Shown: positions 35,826 to 45,104 of the stretch, piece by piece
Layout: each line of letters begins with the position of its first letter
Numbering within the stretch: position 1 is the stretch's first letter
From: a virus
Lineage: Duplodnaviria > Caudoviricetes
DNA length: 46,715 bases
IMG/VR virus record: IMGVR_UViG_3300030397_000540
Location: 1-46,715 of that record
Strand: one strand, 5' to 3'
Notes under the pieces: model-generated
Database searches by the model: none
The model's input: the letters and a program-made list of their open reading frames with translations, nothing else
Told to the model about the DNA's origin: nothing
Translations under genes and position numbers: made by a program

Positions 35826-36056
35826 AGTAGTCGCCACAGTAGTCGAATTGAAAATAAAACATTGCATATTCAATACTGAAGACAACGGTTAAGAAATAGT
35901 TGAAAACACCACAGATACTAGGAAATACGGGGGAAGTTTAGGGAAATTATGTACATTTGTCAGTAGTCCCGCTCCGGGTACCTTATGGTATCGCAACCCG
36001 CTGATTATCTTTGAGTTAGCGGGTTTGCTGTTTTTTAGTAGTCGCTGTAGTAGTCG
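35826..36056 (+). other. attP: core AGTCCCGCTCCGGGTAC (35965-35981, resembling a tRNA 3' end) with paired arm-type sites AGTAGTCG
   Basis: AGTAGTCG at 35826, 35838, 36037 and 36049; terminator-like hairpin 35995-36025 after the core; near the integrase. Confidence 0.75.
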
Positions 36057-36063
36057 TTTCACG

Positions 36064-36288
36064 CTATTCAAATTCCTTCACTTTATCCAGGTAAACCAAG
36101 AACACTAAGGCACTAAAAGCCGAAATACTTCCATTCTTTGCCCTGGTGATCTGGCTATGTTGAATTTTGATTCCCTTTTTGGCAGCCCAGTTGATAAACC
36201 GCTGGGTATTTCCCCGATGTGAGAAGTGGGAATCAATCATTTGTATGACCTCTTCCTTTCTTTGAACGTTCATGGTACAATTATCCAT
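36064..36288 (-). CDS. Small HTH-like protein divergent from the integrase
   Basis: IQHSQITRAKNG resembles a recognition helix. Confidence 0.5.
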   Translation of the reverse strand: MDNCTMNVQRKEEVIQMIDSHFSHRGNTQRFINWAAKKGIKIQHSQITRAKNGSISAFSALVFLVYLDKVKEFE

Positions 36289-36392
36289 ATAATTTCACAT
36301 TAAGTCAAGTTTTTGTGAGAATATTTTTTACTTTATGTCAATTATAGGTATTCGTATTTTTTTTGTATACTTGTATTGCAACGAAATAAGAA

Positions 36393-37664
36393 ATGCCAAA
36401 CGTAAAATTCAACCTCAAACCGGAGGAAGGAAACCGGCTAATCATTCTTTTCTTCCGGGCCTACGGTACCAAATTTCAATATTCCACTGGTCAAAAGATC
36501 AATCCCGCCCATTGGGATAAGAAAAAATGCCGATCTAAAGTAGGCCGGGCCTTTCCGAAATCTAAGGAATTAAACTACCTCCTGAACAATCTGGAAATCA
36601 CAGCTGAAAACGCTTATCGGAAATTCCTTAATGACAATGGCGATCGGGAAGTACATTTCGATGATTTAAAGCGGGCCCTGAAATATGCTTTAGACAAGTT
36701 CATGAAAAAGGATATGGCAAAAGCTGCTCCCATGGACTTTTTTGAATTCGTTGAAGCAATGATCGAAGAACGCAAGCGGTCGCCGGAATTCGAGCATAAC
36801 ACGACGAAGGATTATTCCAAGGTATTGAATCGCATCAGAGAGTTTACCAATGAGAGCCGCCGCCGGACGACTTTCAAAACTATTGATCTCGAATGGGCAA
36901 TTGATTTTCGGGAATGGTGTTTTGCGGAGCCCAGACTCTATTCAACGAACTACGTCCATGATATTGTAAAAACCATCCGGACCTTTTTAAATGAAGCCAC
37001 GGAAAGAGGCCTTAATAATAATATGGCGTACAAGTCCCGCCGCTTTCAGATATCAACCGAAGAAGTAACACACATTTATCTTTCTGAGGATGAGCTCGAC
37101 GAAGTTTACAACTTGGAGCTTTCCCCACGACTGGATAAAGCCCGGGATCTTTTTATCACTGCTTGCTTTACAGGCTTGCGGTTTTCGGATCTGTCAAAGA
37201 TTTCGGTTGATAATATTGTCCAGCTGCAGGGCGAACATTATCTAAGGGTAAAGACAAAAAAAACCGGCGCCCGGGTGACTGTTCCAATTCATGCCTATGT
37301 GTCGGCGATCTTCGAAAAGTGGGGTGGGCCCGCTCCGGTGATCTCTCACCAGAAGTTTAATACATATATCAAAGAACTGTGTTTGCTTACTTCCTGGGGT
37401 AATGATTCGGTCATTGTTACTAAGTCGGTAGGGGGGAGGCGGGTAGACCAAAGGCTCCGAAAAGCCGATTTGGTGGTCACGCATACCGGCCGGCGGTCGT
37501 TTGCTACGAATGCCTTCAAATCTGGTGTGCCGGTTAAGATGATCATGAAGATTACCGGACATACTACAGAGAAAGCATTTTACAAGTACATTAGGATCGA
37601 TGACGAAGAAAGCGCCGTTATTGTGAATAAAAGCAAGTTTTTTCGTCGGTTACGTGTAGTTTGA
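36393..37664 (+). CDS. int: Tyrosine integrase (arm-binding, SAM-like and catalytic domains)
   Basis: TGLRFSD, HTGRRSFAT, TGH and Y catalytic motifs; N-terminal YSTGQKINPAHWD arm domain. Confidence 0.95.
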   Translation: MPNVKFNLKPEEGNRLIILFFRAYGTKFQYSTGQKINPAHWDKKKCRSKVGRAFPKSKELNYLLNNLEITAENAYRKFLNDNGDREVHFDDLKRALKYALDKFMKKDMAKAAPMDFFEFVEAMIEERKRSPEFEHNTTKDYSKVLNRIREFTNESRRRTTFKTIDLEWAIDFREWCFAEPRLYSTNYVHDIVKTIRTFLNEATERGLNNNMAYKSRRFQISTEEVTHIYLSEDELDEVYNLELSPRLDKARDLFITACFTGLRFSDLSKISVDNIVQLQGEHYLRVKTKKTGARVTVPIHAYVSAIFEKWGGPAPVISHQKFNTYIKELCLLTSWGNDSVIVTKSVGGRRVDQRLRKADLVVTHTGRRSFATNAFKSGVPVKMIMKITGHTTEKAFYKYIRIDDEESAVIVNKSKFFRRLRVV

Positions 37665-37952
37665 ACCATATTTGAACTGCCGAACCTCATCACCTTTGCA
37701 ATAAGGTTGATCCTGAGAATCATAGTATTTTGCCAGCCCGCCACCTGGTCCTGTATAAGTCATAACAGTTCTATATGATTTACCCAAAGACTCGGCGACC
37801 TGCGTTAGAGTCATTTTGGGCGGGAACTTCTCCCGCATTTCAGCTGACAGTAAGATTTTCAGATCTTCAATTTCCTTTTTGATCTCACCACTCTGCTCGA
37901 TCAGCTGAAACAAAGCCTCTTTATCGACGATGATCATATTTTGCATGTCCAT
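37650..37952 (-). CDS. Excisionase-like HTH protein
   Basis: MTLTQVAESLGKSYRTV; convergent with int. Confidence 0.65.
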   Translation of the reverse strand: MDMQNMIIVDKEALFQLIEQSGEIKKEIEDLKILLSAEMREKFPPKMTLTQVAESLGKSYRTVMTYTGPGGGLAKYYDSQDQPYCKGDEVRQFKYGSNYT

Positions 37953-37954
37953 GG

Positions 37955-38239
37955 CTAATCGGATTTGTGCTTCTCTTGGTCCTCCAAATACCTTTCCTTT
38001 ACTTTCTCCTTCAATTCAAGGCGTAAATTTTCGGTCTCGGTCCATACCTGGGGTTCATCCAGGCAATTGTAAAATTCCCGGCCTTCAGATTCGGTTTCGA
38101 ATGTTCGGCCACTGGTCACTTTTATACTCTGAGCGCTTTGGATAGTGAAAGTGACCTTGGTATTTTCTTCACCTGGCAAGATATTGACCAGGATATCATA
38201 GTCATCGAATTCGAATATTTTGAAGACTTCCTTTGACAT
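37955..38239 (-). CDS. Hypothetical protein
   Basis: Co-oriented ORF. Confidence 0.65.
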   Translation of the reverse strand: MSKEVFKIFEFDDYDILVNILPGEENTKVTFTIQSAQSIKVTSGRTFETESEGREFYNCLDEPQVWTETENLRLELKEKVKERYLEDQEKHKSD

Positions 38240-38243
38240 GGTT

Positions 38244-38429
38244 TCAAATTGTGGTTAGAGAATCGGGGAGTTCATAGGTCGGAACCTGGAGATGGATTGT
38301 CTTTTCGTACTGTCTATGGATGTGCATTTCATCGACGGTCTTTGCTCCTAGTAGGAAGCCAGCAATTGCCGTGTAAAAGATGATCAAAAGAATTCCGGAG
38401 ATTACATTTAATTTGGTGGTTAGGTCCAT
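38244..38429 (-). CDS. Small single-TM protein
   Basis: N-terminal hydrophobic helix. Confidence 0.6.
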   Translation of the reverse strand: MDLTTKLNVISGILLIIFYTAIAGFLLGAKTVDEMHIHRQYEKTIHLQVPTYELPDSLTTI

Positions 38430-38433
38430 GATC

Positions 38434-38814
38434 TTACAGTTTTAAGCTTTGAAAATAGTTGATCACATCATCCAAAGACCGGGCTTCAATGGCGTGGCCG
38501 TTCATCATCCGAACAAGCTTTAGGAAGTCCTTTTGATCCTCTGACAGTCGGTCCTTACCTGCCTTGACTTCTATGGCAATGAAGGTGCCATCTTCCGCAA
38601 TGCCAATGATATCAGAAACACCTTTCAGAGTACCAGGTGATTTGCGATACTTGCCGATCTTCTCATCATACACTCCGATGTTATTCTGTCGCCAGGCGGT
38701 ACCCACATTCAGTCGAATCCACTGGACGATGGCTTTGGTCAAGTCATTGGCGCGACTGCCGCCTGGTCGTTTTTTCAGTTCTTTTCTAAATTGATCAACA
38801 GTCATTTTTTCCAT
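38434..38814 (-). CDS. VRR-NUC domain nuclease (Holliday junction resolvase-like)
   Basis: GVSDII, FIAIEVK and LSEDQKDF. Confidence 0.9.
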   Translation of the reverse strand: MEKMTVDQFRKELKKRPGGSRANDLTKAIVQWIRLNVGTAWRQNNIGVYDEKIGKYRKSPGTLKGVSDIIGIAEDGTFIAIEVKAGKDRLSEDQKDFLKLVRMMNGHAIEARSLDDVINYFQSLKL

Positions 38815-38830
38815 GACGAAATTTTAAAAC

Positions 38831-38864
38831 GGGGCAGACAAATCGAGAAACCCAGGTCTGCCCC
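38831..38864 (-). terminator. Hairpin terminator after the secreted-protein gene
   Basis: GGGGCAGAC / GTCTGCCCC stem followed by a short T-run on the minus strand. Confidence 0.55.
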
Positions 38865-38890
38865 TTCACAAAATTATAGTCTTACTAAAT

Positions 38891-39664
38891 TCACCTACCT
38901 TTATTGGCACCGATCAATACGATGCCCGTTTGAATCCCGCTTGGCCGGTCGCCGTCGAATGAACCATATGCCCTTACCAGGATTCCGAAACCGTCAACCA
39001 CCTGGAATATCAGATTGCCTTCGACACCCCAGTTGTCCGAATTCACGCCTTCCATTTCGATTAGGTTGACGTTTCGCTCGAATAGAGGGGATACCCCTAG
39101 CACAATCGGTTTAGAATTCTCTTTGATGTAGAATGAAGCCTCCAGGCCGATAAAGCACCGATACGATCGATCGGATTCGCTGAAGCCTTCAGCCCTGGGC
39201 ATGATCTGTCCTTCGATTCCGCCGTGTAGGATGATGTCGTAACCGGTTCGTTTTTCTGCCAGCTGCAGGAATGGGTATAACCCAGCCTCTAAACCTACGT
39301 CGGGGTTTTGGCCGAAAATGAAACCTTGGATGTTACCTCGGGTGGCGATGTTCAGGAATGATTTGCCGACTGGGATCGGCGGAATCAAATTCAGGATCAA
39401 ATCAGCGTTGACCGAGAAACGATCCTCGAAAGACGGCGAATCATTCAGCTGGAACGTGGCGCCGCCGCCTACGTAGTAGCTCAGGGGATTCAAGGAAAAG
39501 GTTTTCACCTGGTCGTCGGTGATGTCCTCATAAGCCGTCAGGCCGTTAGCCATCCGTTCTGTGTAGACCTCTTTGTCGTTGGTAGTCGTAGCCCAATACA
39601 GGCTTTGACTAAAGACTGTGCTGAAAACAGTCATAAAACTTAGGAATGCAAGAATTAATCTCAT
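38891..39664 (-). CDS. Secreted, probable outer-membrane beta-barrel-like protein (moron)
   Basis: Signal peptide MRLILAFLSFMTVFSTVFS-Q; alternating amphipathic strands; hairpins on both sides. Confidence 0.55.
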   Translation of the reverse strand: MRLILAFLSFMTVFSTVFSQSLYWATTTNDKEVYTERMANGLTAYEDITDDQVKTFSLNPLSYYVGGGATFQLNDSPSFEDRFSVNADLILNLIPPIPVGKSFLNIATRGNIQGFIFGQNPDVGLEAGLYPFLQLAEKRTGYDIILHGGIEGQIMPRAEGFSESDRSYRCFIGLEASFYIKENSKPIVLGVSPLFERNVNLIEMEGVNSDNWGVEGNLIFQVVDGFGILVRAYGSFDGDRPSGIQTGIVLIGANKGR

Positions 39665-39765
39665 TGCTTGATATGTTTGATTAAAAAAAGTGTTCGAAAA
39701 GGGGCCGGTCCCTTCCCGGGATTATTCCGGCCTGCCAATTCACATCTATTATTCTTTGCCGGGGT

Positions 39766-40533
39766 CTACTCATTTTTGAGTAAAACCCCTTCATTGCTTG
39801 CTGTTGGGGCTATCTTCAGGATGTTCCCTTCCTTGTCGCATAGGTGATAGGTGTAGGCGAAAACCCAAGGGTTGGGTATAACATGCCGATCCCGCCGGTC
39901 AGCGCTTCTTAATTCGTTATAGTACCTTTCAAATGGGAAGGTGAAAAAATCATCCTTGTAGCGCTTCCATTTGCAGTTAATCGAATCCCACAAATCCTGG
40001 AATTGCTCGACTGGATCCGGATCACCAAGCACTGGTGAAAATGGGCTCCCTTCCGCAGCTGCATCTGGATTGGAGATATCCGCGATCCGCTCTACCTTCA
40101 CCGATTCAATTCTGATGTAATACCGGGCGTACTTGGCTGGCATGAACATTTTGTTTTCTGATTTACCGCGCGGGGTCCATTTGGGGGCATCTTCAAAAAA
40201 TAAACGTTGATGCCATCGTGGTTCTGAGTCACTAAACGGGTACCGAATTTTGACATCATAAATACGATTGTCATAGTAGATCCACTCGGCAATGCAATAG
40301 GGCTCTTTCAAATACACCACTTCGCTGGGTTGGTATCGGGGTTTGACGTATACACTTTTCCCCTTTTTATTTACAAACTGAATATTCAAATTAGAAGGCC
40401 AATACCCGTGCATGGACCATTCATCCGGCGCCAAATTAACCGGGCAACTCAGCGGAATAATCCGCCTGGTCTGTGTCTTTTCGCCCGCTACAGTCTTGTG
40501 AAATAGCGGTTCTGTGTACATTATGCCTTTCAT
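39766..40533 (-). CDS. ASCH/PUA-like phage protein
   Basis: GEKTQTRR, VYLKE, FMP--AR--I, ERIADIS--DA-AEG and NPWVF. Confidence 0.75.
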   Translation of the reverse strand: MKGIMYTEPLFHKTVAGEKTQTRRIIPLSCPVNLAPDEWSMHGYWPSNLNIQFVNKKGKSVYVKPRYQPSEVVYLKEPYCIAEWIYYDNRIYDVKIRYPFSDSEPRWHQRLFFEDAPKWTPRGKSENKMFMPAKYARYYIRIESVKVERIADISNPDAAAEGSPFSPVLGDPDPVEQFQDLWDSINCKWKRYKDDFFTFPFERYYNELRSADRRDRHVIPNPWVFAYTYHLCDKEGNILKIAPTASNEGVLLKNE

Positions 40534-40778
40534 GTTTCTTGGTTTTCATTAGCAGAATTCAAAGCAGATAAGGCCAGATAACGGGCGTAATGGGCAATTG
40601 CTTCAATTATGTTGTCCGAATTGATCCCTTGAAAATCTATTGCATGCTGGGAATCATTCATCATTTGATAAGCCAGCGGCATCATTCGCAAAGTCGCGTC
40701 TTCAAGTTTGGAATAGCCGCCGCATCCGTCAAAAGGAACTGCCGGGTCAATTTGATACTTTTGAATAGCTTCTTTCAT
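40530..40778 (-). CDS. Hypothetical protein
   Basis: Coupled ORF. Confidence 0.65.
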   Translation of the reverse strand: MKEAIQKYQIDPAVPFDGCGGYSKLEDATLRMMPLAYQMMNDSQHAIDFQGINSDNIIEAIAHYARYLALSALNSANENQET

Positions 40779-40891
40779 AGTCCAATCATTTTATCCAGAA
40801 TCCCGGATGCGATAAATGTTATGAGCATGGCGGCCGCGATGATCATTAGCCAAAGGGCCGTTGCTCGGGTTATGTCGTTTTGTTTTTTCAT
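40775..40891 (-). CDS. 38-aa single-TM protein (MKKQNDITRATALWLMIIAAAMLITFIASGILDKMIGL)
   Basis: Manual translation; ATGA overlap with the next gene. Confidence 0.6.
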   Translation of the reverse strand: MKKQNDITRATALWLMIIAAAMLITFIASGILDKMIGL

Positions 40892-40898
40892 GGGTTCG

Positions 40899-41177
40899 TT
40901 AGTTCGTCGTGAATCGCTTATTAAATATCACCGGGAACTCGCCGACCGGCTTAGCAATGCTATCAAGTGGCAAGTCGAGCGGGAAGTCAATAAGCGGAAA
41001 TGTCATTGCGTCTGTGCTAAATACCGCCTCATTGCGCCACTGAATTACTTTTGCATAGGCGTCCAACCTCCCTTGCTGGTAGCCGATATTGTACGCCATT
41101 TGCGCGGCTGAATCATTTGCAAAGTGCAATCCGATTAACATCATCCAAGCCATTGCTAGTGCTTCATGCCATTTCAT
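40899..41177 (-). CDS. Hypothetical protein with an N-terminal hydrophobic segment
   Basis: Co-oriented ORF. Confidence 0.55.
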   Translation of the reverse strand: MKWHEALAMAWMMLIGLHFANDSAAQMAYNIGYQQGRLDAYAKVIQWRNEAVFSTDAMTFPLIDFPLDLPLDSIAKPVGEFPVIFNKRFTTN

Positions 41178-41224
41178 GTCGTTAAATTGAGGTTCATTTG
41201 CTGGTATGTTTTGAATAGCAAATG

Positions 41225-41638
41225 CTAGTCCTCTTGATTGATTTCGAATTCCTTGAAACTGGGCTTCCAGTTCTCGATAAATCCATTTTCATCGATCTTC
41301 ATAATCACATAATCACCGTATCCTTGGTCACCTGGACACATGATGTCAGGCACATAGCCATCTATGGCGACAATTTGATTTTTGTCCTTATCCAAAAGCA
41401 GGTATTCCCCCGCATCACGAACTTTGTAATGGATATCTGCGGTTACTCCTTCCTTCCAATTGATAATCTTCCCTGAATGAAGATCAATCAAAGGATTCCA
41501 GATATCGCCCACTCTACATGGGATCAAATCGCCGTTTTCGTCTTCGACGTTATCAACTGTGGCATCTTCCCAGTATCTCACGCCGCACTTGGCCAGGAGG
41601 TATTTTACTTCGACTTCTTTCGCTATGGTGATTGTCAT
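41225..41638 (-). CDS. Conserved hypothetical phage protein
   Basis: VRYWEDA, HYKVRDAG and GYGDYVIM motifs. Confidence 0.75.
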   Translation of the reverse strand: MTITIAKEVEVKYLLAKCGVRYWEDATVDNVEDENGDLIPCRVGDIWNPLIDLHSGKIINWKEGVTADIHYKVRDAGEYLLLDKDKNQIVAIDGYVPDIMCPGDQGYGDYVIMKIDENGFIENWKPSFKEFEINQED

Positions 41639-41665
41639 CTGCTTTAGATTTTTATTGTCAAAAAA

Positions 41666-42538
41666 TTATTTCCGCCTCCGGTCCTCGCCATTGAGGATCA
41701 AAAAATTGAACATCTCATGCATGCGGCTGATCACCCGTTCGTCAAGCCGCTTATCCAGGCCGTCGAGTCCTTCCATTGACTCTACCGGCAAATTGCTGGT
41801 CATGTGCGTAAACTCTCTTCGAGTCGACTTAAACCGGTCATACCGATGGGTCATGATCGTTTCCAGTGCATTGACCGGATTGCCATACAGCCGTATCTCT
41901 CCTGAATCAAATCCAGCATCATCAAAGCACCGGTTTCCCTTGTAATACTCGCTAAGAAAAGCTGTCGTCTGCCCGCTCTGAATGCGATCATAAACCGCCG
42001 GAACGGAGGTGATTTTGAATTTTCGTTCCTCAATTTGAGCATACTTCAGGGCCACTTGGAAGGCTTTCAACAGGAAAGTCTTGCCGGTACCGACCGGGCC
42101 GAAAAGAAAAATGCCCTTGTTGAGATCCAAGTGAGTGGCGACATTGAAATACTTGTCCTCTTTTTCGTGAACTTCGTAGTGGTGAAGGCCGAAAAAGTAG
42201 GCGGTTAGTTTGCGGACTACCTGTTTGATCTCTCCATCAAAAGCGAATTCAAACCCTTTTTGTCGGGCTAATTCCTGAATCGCAGTAAAAGCAATCCGCC
42301 GGGCTTCCTGGTAGCTGTATTTGCCCTGGGTGCCTTCCGGCCGGTTCGGTAGTGATGCCTGCATCCGGCGGATGATTTGATCAACCGTTTCCGGTTCTCG
42401 TTTGCCGTAGACCTTCCGGGCATAATCCTTTTCTGCTTCGTTGGCCGGGCGCGGTTCCCGCTGCAGTCGATTGCCCTGCTTCTGGCGAAGTTCTTCCAAA
42501 GTCAAGGTCGTATGTTGAGTCGGATCAATGCTGTCCAT
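41666..42538 (-). CDS. P-loop ATPase, DnaC/IstB-like helicase loader, 290 aa
   Basis: GPVGTGKT, CFDDAG, TSNL and R--SRMHEMFN; follows the initiator. Confidence 0.85.
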   Translation of the reverse strand: MDSIDPTQHTTLTLEELRQKQGNRLQREPRPANEAEKDYARKVYGKREPETVDQIIRRMQASLPNRPEGTQGKYSYQEARRIAFTAIQELARQKGFEFAFDGEIKQVVRKLTAYFFGLHHYEVHEKEDKYFNVATHLDLNKGIFLFGPVGTGKTFLLKAFQVALKYAQIEERKFKITSVPAVYDRIQSGQTTAFLSEYYKGNRCFDDAGFDSGEIRLYGNPVNALETIMTHRYDRFKSTRREFTHMTSNLPVESMEGLDGLDKRLDERVISRMHEMFNFLILNGEDRRRK

Positions 42539-43289
42539 TTTCGAATCTTTTTTGAATCCGGTCGTATGCGGACCGGTTTGAAATTGAGGATTGGGTTCTT
42601 GCTGCTGATTGACCGGTCCCGGAGGTTTCTTTCTTTCGCAACCAATTGCGGGCAAAGGCCACGTAATCTTTTTTTCTCACGCCTTTCGATTTGAGCCAGT
42701 CGATTGCCTTTTCGATTTCGGCGCGCACTTCGACTTCTGGAAACTTTTCTATCAATTCGGTAATTACCGGTTCGTATTCTAGAATTCTTCTTTCGGAGTT
42801 TTTTGGAGGCTCGCTACTCTCTAAGTCATTAGAGAGTATTATTTCCTTATTCTCTTTCTTTTCTTTCTTCTCTTTGGCGTCTAAGTGGCGCTTCTCTGGC
42901 GTTTCTCTGGCGCTTCTCTGGCGTTTTTGCGGCGTTTTCCCTGAAAACACATTGTTATATCTGCCGAAATTACAGAGAGTTATAACAGTTTCTCCCTGGC
43001 GTTTTTTTCGTGTTATCATGGCGTCTTTTTCAAGCAGCTTCATGAACTTTTCAATTTTAGTGTTCGACCAGTTCCATCTTTCCTCCAAAAATCGACGGCT
43101 TGCAATTAGCTCTCCCTTTGCCAATGGGATCAGTTTTCCCCGGACCATTCTCTTCGATTCCTCTCGAAAGCAAGCCTGTTGGATCAAATCAATCCAGGCC
43201 CTGCCCATGGTGACAGGTTCATTTTTCTTTAGCCCCCAAACCCAATGGTCATCGAACAATGACCTGTGTATCATGACATACCCGTCCAT
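42525..43289 (-). CDS. Replication initiator (wHTH plus DnaD-like C-terminus)
   Basis: GYVMIHR, SRRFLEERWNWS and NWLRK; internal iterons. Confidence 0.8.
   Translation of the reverse strand: MDGYVMIHRSLFDDHWVWGLKKNEPVTMGRAWIDLIQQACFREESKRMVRGKLIPLAKGELIASRRFLEERWNWSNTKIEKFMKLLEKDAMITRKKRQGETVITLCNFGRYNNVFSGKTPQKRQRSARETPEKRHLDAKEKKEKKENKEIILSNDLESSEPPKNSERRILEYEPVITELIEKFPEVEVRAEIEKAIDWLKSKGVRKKDYVAFARNWLRKKETSGTGQSAARTQSSISNRSAYDRIQKRFENGQH
42840..42938. repeat. Putative replication origin: six iterons with 11-bp period plus a strand-asymmetric AT-rich tract
   Basis: (T/C)GGCG at 42875, 42886, 42897, 42908, 42919 and 42930. Confidence 0.7.
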
Positions 43290-43389
43290 GGAAAATGCTT
43301 TCCTATTGAATTAAATAATCATTGCCTTTCGACAAGCTGGGAGTATTAATGGGAAGATAATTGGTAAACGGGGGGAGGGGGGATACCGT

Positions 43390-43569
43390 TTATTCCATTC
43401 CTTTGAGCATTAGATCGGCAACGACCAATAGCTCATACTTCAGTACAGGATCTTCAATCGTATCAATAGTAGTTTTGACCCATTTCACGATGGCAATACC
43501 CACTTCTTTGCGGCACTGCTCCTTGGGGAGCTTCATTAGCTCCGCCAAGGTCGAATGTGAGACGATCAT
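43390..43569 (-). CDS. Hypothetical protein, 59 aa (MIVSHSTLAELMKL...)
   Basis: Manual translation; ATGA overlap with the upstream gene. Confidence 0.65.
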   Translation of the reverse strand: MIVSHSTLAELMKLPKEQCRKEVGIAIVKWVKTTIDTIEDPVLKYELLVVADLMLKGME

Positions 43570-43856
43570 GACAAGATCAGTCTTTCAATTCTGAAGGATC
43601 TCCATTGGGTCTTTTCATCGTTGACCCATTCGACAAACTTCAAGAACCCTTTTTCAATTGTACTTAGTGATCCGCAAGCAATTGCTACGGCTTCTCTAAC
43701 TTCTCCGGTGTCTTTTGCAAACTGAATAGGCGTTCTCACACCAGCTTGCAGTTTAACGATCATCCAGGCGGCGCGTAATGCCTGGGAGAAGTTTTTGAAA
43801 GTGGATTTGATTTGATGCGCTAATTTGAATGCGCGGGAATTGATGGAATTTTTCAT
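43566..43856 (-). CDS. SH3 beta-barrel fold (DUF2693/WYL-like) protein
   Basis: FSQALRAAW, F-KDTGEVREA and WRSFRIERL. Confidence 0.75.
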   Translation of the reverse strand: MKNSINSRAFKLAHQIKSTFKNFSQALRAAWMIVKLQAGVRTPIQFAKDTGEVREAVAIACGSLSTIEKGFLKFVEWVNDEKTQWRSFRIERLILS

Positions 43857-43884
43857 AGTTGTATCTTTTTTGTAAGTAACAATT

Positions 43885-43928
43885 CAAAGATACAATTTTC
43901 TTCTCAATGTGGCAAGTTTTTTGCCACA
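43885..43928 (-). promoter_or_regulatory. Promoter TATCTTTG with upstream palindrome TGTGGCAA-N5-TTGCCACA
   Basis: -7 element at 43885-43892; inverted repeat at 43908-43928, next to an XRE gene. Confidence 0.6.
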
Positions 43929-43934
43929 ATTGAA

Positions 43935-44144
43935 TCAGTGTTTCGTTATTTCAAATCTGGTTTTAAGCTCGTAACCCATGAATTTTAGGACTTTTGCCAA
44001 AGACTCTTCTTTTACCTGCATTCCTTTCTCTATGGCAAAAAGCGTGCGCTTACTAACACCTGATAAATTCGCAAAATCATCTTGGCTCAATTCCTTGAGT
44101 TCACGAAACTGCCTTATGAAATCTCCAATCGTTTTCCTGTCCAT
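43935..44144 (-). CDS. XRE-family HTH regulator, 69 aa
   Basis: IRQFRELKELSQDDFANLSGVSKRTLFAIEKG. Confidence 0.85.
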   Translation of the reverse strand: MDRKTIGDFIRQFRELKELSQDDFANLSGVSKRTLFAIEKGMQVKEESLAKVLKFMGYELKTRFEITKH

Positions 44145-44301
44145 AATCAAAGATGCCGGAGCGGCATTATTCCAAGGAAGGTTGTTACTTACATCCAAAG
44201 ATACCTCCGCCCCGGCATCGCCAATATACGTTTTTTCCTCCTTTTTTCTTGCGCAAGAATTTTCTTGATTAAGAAGCATGTTTTCCATTAGTTCAAAGGT
44301 T

Positions 44302-45027
44302 TTAAGCCAATGCCAATTGCATTTGATTCGGATTGACCGCTTTAAAGAACATCGCCTCAAAATGCTCTTTGGTTTGGGCGATCTGAAGCATGATCTCTAT
44401 TTGTGCTATTTGCCGTTTCAAAACATCCTTGGCAACGTTCTCTTCAATGAACTGGTGAAGCTTGGCGTAATCGGACCTTGAAAGCGCTCGTTGCTTTTTC
44501 AATTCCCTGGGCAATCCCTCGAGCAAAGGTTCGTAAATGTACTTATTGATAAATCCACCGACGAACCCCATCGTTCCGCGATTTCTCTTGAATTCAAGTC
44601 CGTACAGCCGGTAAATCCCAACAAAGAAATTATCCGGAAATGTTTTTTCCCAAACCGATGGAGCGTCGAGCAATACTCGAGCTAGAATCAGTTCCTTGGC
44701 ATGATCGTACCGTCCTTTCTTGCGTATGGTTGGAATGACGACCTTTGTTACCCACTTTCGGAACTTCTTGGCATCTGGCTTTCGGCTGCGAAATACCATT
44801 TCATACAATCCGCTTTCTGAGATAAAATTCACACTTTGATTTCCCCTCGACGGTGTATGTATTACATACCCCATCACTTCGTCCTCGTCTAATGAGGAAA
44901 TGGCCTGACTTGTATTTTTGATATCTAGGCAGGCGCACACATCGGTACCAGCAAACCAAACCTGATCTTCAATCTCAATAGTGCGAATCTTATTACCGTC
45001 AAAAAATTCAAATATCTGTATATCCAT
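44302..45027 (-). CDS. BRO-N plus P63C-like antirepressor, 241 aa
   Basis: WFAGTDVC, ISESGLY, SRKPDAKKFRKWV and WEKTFPDNFF. Confidence 0.85.
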   Translation of the reverse strand: MDIQIFEFFDGNKIRTIEIEDQVWFAGTDVCACLDIKNTSQAISSLDEDEVMGYVIHTPSRGNQSVNFISESGLYEMVFRSRKPDAKKFRKWVTKVVIPTIRKKGRYDHAKELILARVLLDAPSVWEKTFPDNFFVGIYRLYGLEFKRNRGTMGFVGGFINKYIYEPLLEGLPRELKKQRALSRSDYAKLHQFIEENVAKDVLKRQIAQIEIMLQIAQTKEHFEAMFFKAVNPNQMQLALA

Positions 45028-45104
45028 AATATTAGTTTTATTACCGTTCACCATGATGGTGAACCTATTAAATAATACTCCCAACTTGTCAAAGAACATC
45101 GTTG

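Noticed and set aside
35824-35862. Minus-strand micro-ORF MFYFQFDYCGDY
   Set aside because: It overlaps the integrase arm-type repeats, which explain the DY repetition; there is no family motif
35889-36071. 60-aa minus-strand ORF
   Set aside because: It runs across the attP core and hairpin and is likely non-coding
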